Shown here: positions 15,101 to 30,100 of the stretch, piece after piece
Position numbering within the stretch: position 1 is the first letter of the stretch
How the letters are laid out: each line of letters starts with the position of its first letter
Source: Phoronis australis
Lineage: Eukaryota; Animalia; Phoronida
NCBI GenBank assembly: GCA_002633005.1
Contig: NMRA01000357.1
Span: 407,075-471,074 of the forward strand
Direction of reading: 5' to 3'
Length of the DNA stretch: 64,000 bases
Translations under genes and position numbers: made by a program
The notes under the pieces: model-generated
Told to the model about the DNA's origin: nothing
The model's database searches: none
The model's input: the letters and a program-made list of their open reading frames with translations, nothing else

Positions 15101-18100
15101 GATGCAATTTCTGCTGAAGATGCTGTTATGTCGTCAGAATTACTGAATGAAGTGGTAAATGAGCTCAACGTTTAGCCTAGTTTTGTAGCATACCAATCAA
15201 AGATGTGTGATATATGAAGACGAGACCGTTACTTCTGTTTACTTCATGTCTGTCATGAATGAGTCATTAATAAAATTGTCTCTCGTGAATTATTTTCTAT
15301 TGACTGTGAATGTGTATCTTTTTATACCACTGTTCACACTGGCAGCGTTAGGGTGCCCGGTGTGTGGGGGGAACACCAGATTTCTGGCGACTGGTGGCGA
15401 CTAAAATTTTTAGCAACCGGCAGGGACATTACAATATGAACCCGAAGTTACAATGACTATCGACAAGTTGAAGGATTTTTTGCACTGAACACTAGGGAGG
15501 CATATCCACCTTGGGTGCCTTCCTTTGCCTGTGGCACGAACAAGGCAGATAGACAACAAGGCAGGGGTGAGTTCAGTAACTCTAGAACCTCTCTAAAATT
15601 TATCCAAAACCACGTGTTCTTATTTAAAATGCAGGGCAATATCTCGCGAAGTCTTGAATTATAACAAGGTCCTCGTGTTACTGCTCTTATTCTAGATGCG
15701 TCTTCGGTCTCTACGTAAACAAAAGCAGCGCCATCTATCATTTAGAACCACGCATGCCAGTTGATGTACGTTACATATTTTTTGTAATAAGCATTAATCA
15801 TCAATCCCGTTTTCAGAGAATGGTAATTAATAATGCTGTCTGCCTTTTCTCCAAAATACAAGGTTTTTATGTCTTGTTTTGCAAGCTAATTGTATGTTCC
15901 AAGAGCCCCCTATTGGCAGCAGAGGCAACTGAGAACATGCAAAAGGACGAAGTGCAGTTCGTGTAATGCCTCGTATGCAAAAACTACATCAGAGGCAAGA
16001 TTTTTTATTTTGATTATGAACAGGTTAGGAATGACTAAACAAATTATTATAAAGTCAATTTCAGGAAAGGTGCGTTATGGGTGCTACAGAATGCCGAATT
16101 TGGCCGAAAATGGCTTCAGTGAAAAACTGAAAAATAACCGTTTTTGCCTCACAAATTCAAAACGTACAAATTTAAAAATGGATTTTGAAAGTTATGCCAT
16201 TAAATTATTCAGCCACTGCCCTTTCGATTCGTATTATTAATTTGTTTTGACCTTACCACACATGCTAGTAAAATGCATTCAAACATGCCTACTTCGACGC
16301 CCAATTTTGTTGCAAAATGGAGGTACAGGTCATAAAAAGAAAAATGATGATTGAAAATTCTTAAAAAGTGAGGTTTTTCTACATTTCAACAAACCAAACT
16401 CATGTGCTAAGTTTAAAAAAAATCGGTGATTTTGGGTATAGACTCTACCTGTTGGTTTTTATATGGAGTCACTTTTAATACTTCGGCAAGTGAAGATTTA
16501 TCTCCAGTGCGCTATGTGCCACTCGTTTCTGTAAGAAAACATGGACGGGAAGAAGCTCGCGTTTGAGCACAGACGGCAAATCAATTGACCGACCCCCCTC
16601 ATAAGCCGTAGCTAGGCAGTGAAGTATATCTCTCTCTGCCTTAAGAACTATTTTCTTGTCTTTGTCTTTGGATTGCTTCTTCACATCATGTAAGTTGGCA
16701 AATGTTGGGGCATTATTTTTGCGCATAACAAACTTTGCGAACAATTTTTTTAGTATGCTCGTGTCCAAGTTCCTTGGCATGTAAAAGTGACCCTTGGATT
16801 AGTGCTGTTACTAGGTCTTTTGTTGCAAGGCTTTGTAGCAGCTAAGGCCTTGCGGACGAGAAGACCTTCAATCCATGGAATGCGTAAAGAAGGGAACTCT
16901 CGACAGCTGCCACGTGGCTTCGTTATGAAACTATGTACTCCCACAGCAGCAAGTTTGTTCAGCTATATGAGATTTGAGATTAAATGAGAGTGTCCACCTC
17001 CATAGAGCTGACGAGGTTTTGGTATTACCAATGATACAACCTCCTTTTTGCGTGCCCCATTTACCCACTGGTCAGAATCTACATGGAAGAGCATATGGGG
17101 AGATCACTTGACTACAAAATTTCCTGCTTGAAACTCTGACCAAACAGACTGTAGAAACTGATGTATCTCCGCTAAAAAGACCGCACCCTACCCGGGCATA
17201 ATTCGGCGAGGCAGCACGAGAGTAAATGAATAGAGATACAGTTCCAAAACACCATCCCGTTGAGAGCATGTGTACTTTAACAATATTGGAACCATGTACA
17301 TGTAACTCCACCAGAAGCTGAAATTCACATCATCAGAACTACTGTTGACAAAATGCCCAGGAGTTTCCTGAACTTATCCTAATTGAGAAATGTTAAAAAA
17401 TCCGTAATTTTCTGTGGATCATCATCTGCAGACATACTGGTAATACAAGCATGACAGTCGCTTCTGCAATAAACGAGAGAAGGCGTGACACTTGCTGGAG
17501 ATGCCACAGAGCTTGCAAAGACAGTTTGTGTGCCCTCATACTGAAGCTTTGCTGTACGACTTTCCACTGAGGACCAGTTCCATAGGTCTGGACCAAGTAC
17601 TGCACTCTCTATACACACCTCAGCTATTCCGGAATCACTCATGTGATCTTCCATGGCCTTGATAAAGTTCATTGGTAGTGAAGAACCACTAATGAGGTAC
17701 TGTATTAACATATTTTGGTATTCTGGGACCGACCACGTAAGCTCCATTAATCTGCAGCAGAGTGCTTGGTCGACTGTGAGGACGGTATGTTCCTGTCCAA
17801 AATGGGACGATATGGCCATGCATCTCTTTACAACAGTATTTAAAAGTCATGTTGTTATGTTTACAATACTTTTATGTCTTATCTAAATAGTGAGATGTTA
17901 ACAAAAAGCATTGATAACTATGATTTCTAATTTAATTTTCAGACTTTATTAATGAGCATTTGTAACTTAGTGAAGATGAAATAAAAAGCTTCACATGTGT
18001 CATAATGATTTTTCTAGACCTTCAAATCATAGGTATAGACACCTTAGTTGTCATGTTTGCCTGCAAATTGATAAAGTTACACCGAAATTTGAATTTTTTG

Positions 18101-21100
18101 GTAATGGCGGAAGCTAATTAGCATAATTGGGGAATTTAATGACGTTCATTAATATGCTCTTAAATTCAAGTGATCTAAACACATTTATATTATGTTTTTG
18201 AAGCAAAAATTTTCCTAATTATTCGTCACATATTGTACTCCTGGTCTTACGAATGGTTCTTATCTTGTTGGTTTGGCGGCCATTTTGTTTATGCAAATTA
18301 GATGGTCAAAAACTCAAAATCCAGCTTGGGAACAGACATAATCGAAATCAGCATACCATAATTATGCTGAAAAGATAGGTTCTCCACTTTTACTAAAAAA
18401 TGCCTCTAACATGCACATTTTCCGGAAATGCGTCTAGATTAATAAGTTGGCCTATTCGACTACCCACCTGGGAGATATGATGATTCAAATTTGACCACAT
18501 TTTGACGTTATCCTAGGGTCATACATAACCCCGAACGTGATCGAACGACAGATTATTGTTGTTGCTACAGTACATGGTTGTGTTGCAAGATCACGTGCTT
18601 TGCTTGTAATACATGGCGATATCTCGCAAAAGCTTGTTAGATTTGGCGTCTATCAACACATCACAGTTCCTGACGTTCATTGAATTTATCTTCATGGCGT
18701 ATATGGTTCATTTTCTACCTAGTTTGTTGGGCGGTGGTATATTGCTCATGACAATCAAGTAACACCAGGGAAATGGCGAGCTGATCACATAATGATTGCA
18801 GAAAAACAAGACGGGATACACATTCATTTTCGCGACGGACCTTTTGACACGGAACAGTAAGTATGCAAATGCTACTCTGATGAAGTTCCTAATTCCATAA
18901 ATAGTCCGAAAGTACAACATACATTTGCAGTCCAATGTATACATGTAAATTGTGTCATACTTCTCTCATTGATTTTTGTCACAAGTTACTCCTTAAAATG
19001 GGATTTTTAATAATTTTCAATAATTTTAAAAGGTAATTGCGTTCCTAATTGCAAAGCATGCAACATTCTCCGTCATCATTGATTCTGTTCTCCATCTAGT
19101 TACATCACGGGTAGGTTGACTGAAGAGTCCAGTGGAAAATACATGTACTCGGATGACACTCACTCAAGTAAGTAAAGATCCTGCACACTTTGCAGGAAAC
19201 TTTCCTGGGCTGTGACAAAGCAAAGTCTGGAATGATCTTGGAAATAGAGGAATATGCACGTGCACTGCAAATCCTCAATTTAGTAATTCTACAGGATTGA
19301 AATACATAAGTTCTGTTCTATGCAATAAGTGCTTACAACCATCATTCACCTTCTAATCACAAGTCACTACATTCCAAGCATCGTTAAATGTTCGTTATAA
19401 GCTCTGGATATCACAACTACGGATTCACTATCCCACAAACGAGACAAAGGAAAAGAGGCAACTTTAATTAAAAGTTTATTAACTCCTCCGAAATGAGTGT
19501 GACGCGTGAACTAATCCTGCGCCCGTTTGTCTTATCTGTGAACACAGGACATTTTTGAACAAACTTGTGCCACATGTGATGTCCCACTGACAAGAAAAAA
19601 GGTCCTAAGTGTGCTCAAATGCAACCTCTCGCTATTCATTATTACGCCATATCCCATGGGAAAGCGAATAGCAACAGGTGGCTGCTTTTCACATTAAACT
19701 CAATAGAGAATGAATAATGATGTGATTGGTTGTCTCTATTCTATGTATTACGTAATGACCAATAAACGCTGGTGAATCGAGATCACTGCTAATTAACATA
19801 TCGCCATTTACTGCTAATCAATGAGTGGTGTTGTTTTGGTGTTTTGGTATGAAAATGGTGTTTTAAGCACTTTTAGGTGAAGTATATTGTATACATGTAT
19901 AATGGCAGGCTGTCTTGTTCACGTTGTACCAGACGTGCGCAGGCCGCGCATGTGGGTCCATTGCTCTGATCACCTGGAAATATGTTTGTACTTTACAATT
20001 AAAACCAAGCTGAGGAGCGAGAATTCTGACTCAAGGGTCTAGTAGTGTGACCCAGTGGGACTCGAACCCACGACCTCGAGCAAAGAAGGCGGGCACCATC
20101 ACACTAGGCCACACTGCCTCATCCTTTAGGTGAAGTTGAAACCAACAAAAATTTTCAACCTTCGGAAAGTCAAATCTCGTTCCTAGACTCAAAAGAAACT
20201 TTCAGATACCGAGCCTTACGCATTGGTTTCCAAAAATATTTTAGGGTTTATACCAACTGACATTTTTGCATGAGGGTCTAGTACAAATAGGACTTAAGAT
20301 GTTTATGAAAAATCGTAAAACATGACGTTAAAAGAGCGTTTACTGACTTTGCTACTGTACATCAAAGCGTAGGCTGGCTAGGTGGTTTAGCCCTACGCGG
20401 CTTCTTCGGATATCAAAGGAATTCTGGCGACTAGGTACATGTACACCCCAGCCTAGGAGCAAATGAAGCCTATGCAAAAAACATGCTCTAGTAAACTGAG
20501 CCTGTAAATCTCTGTTAGACAGTATTGTGCCTGTAATTATTTCCACTAGATAACGGTTATTGCGTTGGAAACACAGAGTGTACATGGTAATGCGTTGTCT
20601 TCCTGGAATCGGGCTGAGTGAGGTGTACTTCGTTTAACGCAAGTTATGTCATGGGTTCAAAAACACTAAAACAAAACAATAAATAAGAAAGCTGTACAAT
20701 TTTTGAAATTCTACCTTGAATAATTACAGCAAGGAATTATAAGCCGCGTTATCCATACCATTATTTTAGTATAAAAGTACTTTTCCTTTATTTACTTACA
20801 ATTTAGCACTAACTACTAAAAATGAGACGAGACCCTTAAAAAGTCTTAAAATCCTACATTTATTTTATAATGGTAGCTATGTACAAAATGTAGTTAAAAT
20901 CCCTGATACGGCATTACAGCTCATTTACGCGTGGTATGGACAGACTACAATACGGCCCTGGTTTACGAACAACTGGTCAGCAATTCCGACGGCATTGGGC
21001 AGCCAGGGAACAGCAATGCTTATTTTATCCATAGAGAGCGTGAGTTGTCGAACGACGAACAGCAAAAAAGGAAGGAATTGTGGTCCAATTTAGCACCTCA

Positions 21101-24100
21101 TCTCTGCCTCACAAGTGACATACATGCACCACCGAAAGGTGATCAATTTTAAAAGGCTTATAATGAGTTCTGCTGTCTAGTCTTCTAGCTTAAAAGACAC
21201 ATCTGAATGCGTGCTCGAATTCTTCATATCCAATAAAGAAACCCTACAAACCATTGGCTTACCAGTAAGTTCGTTAAGTGTAGCACACAAAGATGTACAC
21301 TGTGTGCCCATCTCGTTTGAACTTCCGTCGGTGCATTAAGGTCATCTTGTATACTTTTTAGAAACATGTGAGCCGTCAGACAGAAAACAGGATGATTTTG
21401 AAATGGAGAAGGTAAGGAAACGTCTAGTTGGGTAGACTGAATAGACTTTCGAGTTTAGGGGAGCACATAACTGTTAAGTTTGTGGCAGAATCTCAGCATA
21501 GAAAACTAATTTTAAGCAACTTAATTTACTTCTGGAATGCGACAACGTGGGCAATTTTGACGACTGCTGATGTTCTAACAGAAGTAACTGCTCTCTTGTC
21601 GTGACTGGGTAATAGGAATGCTCGAAGCGAAAACATAAGAATGTTATTAAAGTCATTGTCGGTTATCTTTTGTAGTTCACTGGTAAATGGTACATCTACC
21701 ACGGAAACTTTGTCCACGTGGGGAAATGGCGAGCTGATCACCTCTTGGTTGAGCAAGAAGAGAACGGCACTTATATCGAGTTTCAGGACGGTCTTCTTGA
21801 CAAAGCGCAGTAAGGTTTCAAATCTACTTTGACTAATTTCTGATGAAAGTGAGTCACATTTCCAGTGAAAAGAATACTAAACACGGTGTTGGCATATTGA
21901 GAGATATTAACAAGTAGTTTCACATCTAGTTCTCTAAAATAGAATAATGTTCTTCAACACACTTCAATCCCGGAACGTTTGGAAAGTTCTTTAAAACAAG
22001 CATCTCACTAAACAGGCGGCCGTGACTAACTATGTAGGCCAGCTACTGCAGGGCAAGAGAAAGAGCACACATTAAAAACCTCAGGACATATATTTGACAC
22101 AATGAGCACTTGTTGTTAGTTGAATACTACTTGTATCACTTCACTGAGACACCAACGGAACATCAGCAGTGGACAAATTGAGTGTGGAGGGTATTCACCT
22201 AGACGCAGGGTTTAGTACCCTTCTTTGTTCATAACTATGACGTCATACACAACTGGAAATACGAACAAAGACAGCTACACGTGTGGTAAACGCGGAAAGG
22301 TTAACGTCGTAAAGCCACCTGAATTGATAACACTGTCTCTTCACTCCGGCTGCCCGTCTACATTATAAACGAACTGTTTGTGTGTACAATAAGCCAAATT
22401 GGGTTACATTGTTTTCATTCGTGGCATCACTTAGTTAAAGACATCAGTTACGCCTCCCGTCCACACGCATACATTAGTCGAATCCCAAATCCCCAACTGA
22501 ATTATTTGCGGTAACTTCAAAAGTCTAAAGCGTCAACTGTGCTACTGTCCGGAGTCACAACACCCAGCGTCAGGATATACCTAACTGGTGAATCTACAAA
22601 TAATGCCCCAATTTAATAGTTTAAGACTTCAACCCAGTTATTGACACTATACAATGGCGTAATTAACTTAAACTGGAGGAACTTTGGTTGTGAAATAAGA
22701 GATTATTTAACAAAGTCTTTATTTCCAGTTACGTAAAGGGTACTCTGACGCTGAAATCGGCAGCAGAATATATTTACAGCGACAGCACTCACACATGTAA
22801 GTTCTGCTTCATGTTTCTCGAAGAGTAACACTACAAGCAATTATTAATGGTAAATTCGTTCAGGGAACTTTCTGCTTTTGTTCAAAAAGCATTTCTTGAA
22901 CGTAAGGGTGCAGTATTCTACTATGTAATCAGTGACTTGCAGTGTACAAGTCCAATGGACAGGATATGTCTTACAAAGTCTGAATTAATTGTTTAGATTT
23001 AAGCGCATGTCACTTTAATAAACAAATATACCACTACTACTACTAGCACCACCACCACCACCAAGCATCGCCAACCCTACTTTTGTTTCCTAAAATAAAG
23101 TACGTCCAGTGCAGCAGTATGCAAGCTATAGGACAATATACGCATCATGCGCGCACCCAGCCTTCAATATGGAATGATCGAATTGCCGACATTCTGAACC
23201 TTTCGCTAACAAAAGAGCGGGCGGACTAAAAAAAAAACGGGTGAGCACCACTGTGAATTGCGCGTTTGCCCTTATTTAGTGGGACCCCGGTCCCATTTTT
23301 CAGACTTTTTGTTACTCGTGGGCGGTCCTTTTTGACCACTTCGCCAAATGGGGGACTCGTTTGAGCCCCCCGAGCTCCCTCCCCTCTGGGTGCGCCCATT
23401 CGCATTATTTCTATTTAACTAGGTTTATCGTTCTGTTTTCTTACCCCTGAGCGAACAATGAGAATGCAAGTATCCTTATTAAGTATTAATGTTAAATGAC
23501 TACTTGAAACAGTGACGTTTCGTCATTAAAACGCAAACACTGCCAACAGGCGTTAGTATTTTAGAAATTGGGTGTTTCTTGTGCCATTCATCTTGTTCAC
23601 AATGTTGAATTACTTTGACACATGACTCATTTTTCGTGTTCTTTCAGCTCACATCCGCATTTTATGGACCAACTACAACTTTGGCCTTTTATACGAACGT
23701 TTGGTAAACGCCCACGACGGGCTTGGTAGTTACGGCGATTCAGACGCCTACCTCATTCACAGAAAGCGTGACTTGTCGGCGGAAGAAATTGCGAAGATAA
23801 AGTCGTCATGGACTAAGATAGTTCCTACCATGTGTTTAACACATCATGAGGAAACAATGGAACACAGTTAGTTCAATTGTTTCGTAAAGTTTGCGGAGCT
23901 TTTCTTAAGAAGTAACATAAAAAACCCTAGTAAAGTTTCTCGAGAACTGTTTCGGTAATATGCTAATTTGCATGAGAAATCATGTTTTAGTAACTCAACG
24001 GCAGGTGTCAAATATTTTGCATTATTTTTGTCATTTTCGGAAACAAATGAGTCGTTAAGTGAAGCAAGGAGGAATGACGCTCATAGGTGTCGCTTTTGGA

Positions 24101-27100
24101 TTGATAAACCTCTACTATTATCTAAGGTGCCCTTTTAGCCCACCGTTGTACCGCTCAATATAACTTATGAAGACTATGGGATATATCATCTGTACCTAGT
24201 AAATCACAATTTATTGCTTAAGTATAACTTAAGTAGTGTAATTGAGCTTTTCACCACTTACACTTTATGAAAATATCTCCGACGGGTCCATAGTAGGTAT
24301 TAGAGCTTTGTGAAAGCTCATGGTTTAAACTATAACCTGTAAACAGTTTTAGGTATTCCATATGACCCAAATGGGAGTCTAAGATAAAACGCCTTTAGTC
24401 TACTTATATTTTCAAACAAATCACCTTGGAACGGCACGTGGCCGTTACGAACCTGTGAAATATAGAGGTAAAAAGTACGTCGTAACGTAGATATACTATT
24501 GCGGATGAGATACACGTGTGGTTGTCTATTGTCCGATATTTTGCGGGTCTGTCTCGCTTTTTGAGGCTTTTTCTTAACTCCCACACAAAGTCAGAATGCC
24601 CTTTTTGCTGACACAAGTGACGATAATTAGGTAGTGACGTCGTTGCAGTTCGTGCTAATCCATACTAAGTGGCCATTACTGCCATGTGCAAAAAGACGAC
24701 TAAAAGGCCGACGTCACTCCTGGGTATTCCGGCGGATATCCCGTCATGTTAGTGTTCAGAAATGCTGGGACGCCGCTAGGACTTCGCTAAGAAAGCGTGA
24801 CTTTGCAGGATTACGCGAAATATTGCCTTGTATTTTAAATGAGAAAAATCGTGATTTTGTCTAGACTGTTCTAGCCGCGAGACAGGCACTGAACTCTACC
24901 CAGATGGCCAGATTCTTTTCTTTTTCTTAACGATGTTCGCAAGTTTTATGGTTCTTGACAAAGATGAGTGTATTTATGCATTTATTTTGACACTCAGTCT
25001 TGTCTTTTTCTTTAGAAACGTGCAAACCAAATACAGTTGCTGTAAATATTCAAAGCCCAAACCTTGCTTTATTTCCTTTGAAATTTGTTGACCTTGAACA
25101 TGACAAGAAATAAGCGTTGAGAGACCATGGTACATGTACATTCATATCAAAGGGTAAACTACGCGAAGTGGTTTGCATCCATGCGATCTCTCAGGACATA
25201 AAGGAAAACGCGATCTCTTAGTCCATCAGACTGCAAGGTACTCCTCAGCCAGCAGTAGGTCAAATACATATTCGAGTAAAATGAGTGTGTAAATCTATGT
25301 CAAAGTGTAGTCTCCCTGCATTATTTACACTAGATTCGTTGACTTAGTGCGCTGGAAACACTAAGAGTATCGTAATGCGCCGTCTGCCGGTGAAGGGGGT
25401 GAATGACTTGTACATGTAAATCGCAAGTCGTGATGCTCAGTGGTAACTTTAAACCAGGAAATATTTCGTACGATTGATATGATAGCTTGAGTTGGAAATT
25501 AGACTGTTTTGTTGGCTTTGAAATTAAATGCAAAGTAATGATGGACACTTGTCTTGTATTTTAGAAATATGCAAACCAAGTGACCGTGCGCAAGAGGGTT
25601 TTAATATTGCCAAGGTTTGTATTTATTTTAATGGAATCAGTCCAATTCTTTAGATGTAAGCCGTTGCTAGTCTACTTTCACTGCCTTTTGACATAAAGGG
25701 CAGCCTGTCTAACGCAACACTGTGTTTATTTCCACAGTTCACTGGTAAGTGGTACATCCATCAAGGCACCCACCTCCACGTTGGTAAATGGCGGGCTGAA
25801 TATCTCATAATAGATCATGGAAAAAACGGAACTCACATCGAATTTCACGATGGACATCTCGACAAAGCAAAGTAAGATATGTTGGAAAAAGTACTTTATT
25901 TCCTGTTTAACCTAGAAGAACCGTACCGCCATTTGGCTATTTGGTGAGTTAGGCTACAACAGCATTTGTTCACACAGAGTCACGAGGTGGAACAGAGCAC
26001 CAATCCTTTGATTCCTGCTTCTATAGAAACGTGCATGCAGACGTACACAGTGGCAACAAACCTTCAAACTCCATGTTTTTACTTTTTAGGTACGTGAAAG
26101 GTGTCTTAACGCCAAAGTCGACGGCGAAATATGAGTACAGTGACGAATCACACTCGAGTAAGTAGTAGAATTATACCGAGGGCCAACTCCAAGCTAAAGT
26201 AAAGTAAGAATCAAGCGGCTGTAAACCCTCCTTCTAACACTTCTGATTTAGATCACTATCCATTATCGAAAAGCTATCAAAATGTTCCTTTTCCAAATTG
26301 AGGATAAGTTCCGGGTATCGAAAGAACTAGTAACCGTTGACTGCTGCTTGAAACCGTTCTATGTAAGTTGTCTTGTACCGTGTGTAATGTTATGCGTCAA
26401 GCTTGCTTTCAACGATGAACAAACTCCCAGTTCTCTTTTCTTATCTGAGTAAGGAGATAGCATGCCCGCACCGGGGGGGGGGGCTCGGAGGGGCTCCAAG
26501 GAGCTCCCTTCATTTGGCGAAGTGGGCGAAAATTTCCGCCTCAGAGAAACAAAAAGACCGAGAAAACGAGACAAAAGCCAACTAAAAAGGCAGTAACTAC
26601 AAAAATTCGGCGTTCACACATTTTACAGCTCTCAACGTATCTCGTTTTTTTAGTAAAATGTCGACATTCCCCAAAAATCCAAGCCCCCCCCCATTTTAGG
26701 CTGAGGGCGCCCATGGGATGTTGAAACCGATTTTATCGCAGGACGGGGTTCTCGAGCAAGAATGTGCTACTCTGACGGACGCGATTTTATAACTGGTTCA
26801 AGGAATAACAATTAAATGCGTCATCATGACTGTATTACAACTATAGAGAACAAATCAACTTTTCCTCCTGGTGTATTTTACCTTTCAGTTTTGTAGATGC
26901 GACGCCAACTTAAATGAAAACATTTGAGACTCGTCATTTTGTGAACAAGATGTCCTTTGTCAATAGTCGAGCAGAAATGTTGGCTCACAATATGCCGCTG
27001 ACACCCGTGTCTCTAGTTTAACTGATGTCGAAAATATTCAAACACTTTCGGCTTCCAAAGATCATTAGCTATAGAGTTCAGGTACTGTTTAATTTTGCGA

Positions 27101-30100
27101 GGTGAACAATTTTAGACAATAAAGGACTGCGTCACTTGAGTTGTTCAAAAAACGTCGGTCGTTGAAATACTCCGGAAGCGCTATTTACCCTTTAAGACAA
27201 GTAAGGGACTGCTGAGAGAAAGATCCAGCGTTTAAATCCACGGTCGAGGTCTACTTCGTTATACAAACCGAAGTGTTTTATCTGATGATCTATGGAGTTT
27301 TTACTAATAGTGTAACAACTTGTGACGTAATTGGTTGTTATTGAAATCGTCAAATCAGGGTTAACTAGCCATTTAAACTAACCAACGTCACTTATTCGAT
27401 TTCAGCACATTTCCGCATTGTATGGACTGACTACAACTTTGCACTGATTTATGAGCGTTTGAGAGTTGCCCACGACGGACTGGGCAACTACGGCGATTCG
27501 GACGCTTATTTCATCCACAGACACCGTAACCTGTCGGCAGACGAAAGTGCCCGGATGATGTCGTCCTGGGACAGACTAGTGCCCGGTCTTTGTCTAACTC
27601 GTCATCAAGAGACCGACTCGCCCAGTGAGTACTAACGGATGCAGTTGGCTGTAAAAGTGTGGGGCCTAAAGTACACATTTCAAAATAAAACTGTTCACTT
27701 CATTGTTGCCATTCGTAAACATAGTCTCTGTATGTAAGATCTGTAACATTTTTGTTTTGCCTCAAAACTTGAAATTTGGTCATTGTTTAACTACAACCTA
27801 AATTCCTCTTGTTTTTTTCTGAATTTAAATTCAATCTGTTTTCAATCTTACAAATACATTCTAACTACATTTTGACACACGGATTTTTGTAACAGTAAGT
27901 TATTGGTTTACATCAGATTTACGGCCAAAAGAGGGTACAAATTCTTTAGTCGATGCCAGTGGCCCCTGTTCTAGTTCTATTAAAGTTCGTATGTGTGATT
28001 GAAGCCAAGATGGCTGTAGGTCCATAAAGTGCGCACACGGCGTTGCATTCATGGAAGAGAGGAACCATCTTTCACATAAAAGTGAGGGCATAGTCTTCGG
28101 TCACGTTGAACGAACACCTTCCCAAACTACGTGTAAAGATATCAATACAGTACCGTCTTATCTAAGACTAGTCGTAAGACCTCTGATAAATCAGGTTACT
28201 GAAATATTTCAGCTCTGAATTCGGTGTGCGTCTTCGATTCCTATTTTTGGAGACAGTAACGCTGCATTTTACTTCTGTTGTTAAGCGTATGGAACACAAA
28301 ACACGAACAGAAATAAAAGGTGTAGTTGGGAGGAATTGTAGCAAACGACATGTTTGACTACATGTACTTGTGTAATACACGTACAATAGTTTACATGATG
28401 TATAGTGCCGTCCTGGATTACACAGCGACATTCAAATCTTGCTGTATTAACCCACAATGCCGTAAACATCCGGCAGATTATTTGTTTTCTCGTTTTCGTG
28501 CTATTGAATTCTTACATGTTATTGTTGTTGTCTGATACTTCGCAAGTTTTTCCTCGGTTACATTACTCTATTCGGTCCTTCCAATGTCAACGAAAATTAC
28601 TGTTGTGGTGTGGGCTGCAACACCGAGGTTAGAATGTTTGATAAACTGGACAATTACCCGTGGGTGAGCCTAGTGATGTGAAATTCTTCGCCTTCCCGAC
28701 ATCAATGAGAGACACGAAAAGCTGCCTCGTTTCCAAAGCGAGGTCACTCACTTTCTAATTTCCGGGGCAAAGGAGAGTTCTAGTGCCGTGTAATTCGGAA
28801 CGACCTTATTGTTTCCTTTGTCTATTCAAATTTTGGCTTAGAGGTTTAACTAAAGAATCTGATCAATTTTCTCTTTCACTTTCAGAAATGTGCAAGCCCA
28901 GTGATAAAGTACAGGAGGGTTTCGAAATGGGAAAGGTTTATTGTTTGTGTTCATTGTATTCTAAATTTACGAAAGCATTGCTCGCTACTCAGTGCTACAT
29001 AAAACGCCACGTTACTGCAATTATATTCTAACTGCATATTTTGGTAGGATACGGCTGCCGGCTTTCGAATTGACCTACAACCCAAGGTATAAATGTAATA
29101 ATGGTCATTCATTCATAATTCGTTCCCCAAAACAAAGAGTTGCTTATAGTTGAGGTTAAAAAAACAATCACTTCTGTGCCCCTTGATTTACCGCTGAAGT
29201 GTCTAATCAGCACTGTTTGGTACATCAGTTTACAGGTAAATGGTACATCACCCACGAGAAACATGTCCATGTAGGCAAATGGCGCTCTGATCATCTCCTG
29301 ATCCAACAGCGTGAGGACGGTATTCACATCGAGTTTCACAAAGGACCCATTGACAGTGAACAGTGAGTGAAACTGCAATATTAAATATGTGATATAATAA
29401 CTAATAATCTGTTAAAAGTAGTTAAGATATCCTTCTTTCACGATTATTACAATCATACATTAGGTTCACCAAGTTCTTGATATCCTGTCTACTTTCAGAA
29501 AATATATGCTTTTGCCAAGTTAAATCTACAGCTTTTGGTTACTGAGCTAAGTACCCGACAAGTCAGTTAGGTCCAACGGAACCTAAAACAAGTTCTGATT
29601 CCCTTTTTTCATCCTAGTAGTGTGTCTTAGGAGAGGGCTTCGTAATTGTTTACCGCTCTTGCTTTGGGAAATTCCTTTTATCCCCTACGCGTTGAATATT
29701 GTTTTCCCAACTACAGTCCTTGGAAATTTCAAAGTGTAGGTCAAGGTCGACTCGACGTCGTTAGACGGTTTGATCGTCAAAGTTTCGCAAATTAGTTTAA
29801 AATAATAAATTTGCAACAGTGTAAATAACACTCAACATGCAATCAGGTACCTAACATAATATTTGATAACAACTGTTAGTTAAAAGGGGGGGGTCCTGGA
29901 TTTTTAGTTAGGGAGCGAGGGTAGAGTATTAGCCAGGATTTTGCTAGTCAGGCATTCTCACCCCCGAACTGCCAAATGGAATGTGGGAGAATTTCTACGC
30001 TGTGTGGGTACGATTACACCTTTTATTTCCAGTGATGTCAAGGGTATGTTGACCCAAGAGTCACCCGGGATCTTCGTATACTCAGATGGGACTCACTCAA

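Noticed and set aside
20050-20120. tRNA gene
   Set aside because: A and B boxes are present but there is no clean cloverleaf, and the segment sits in a TSD-flanked element, so it is a SINE head. Fragments near 35260-35320 and 62690 are weaker still.
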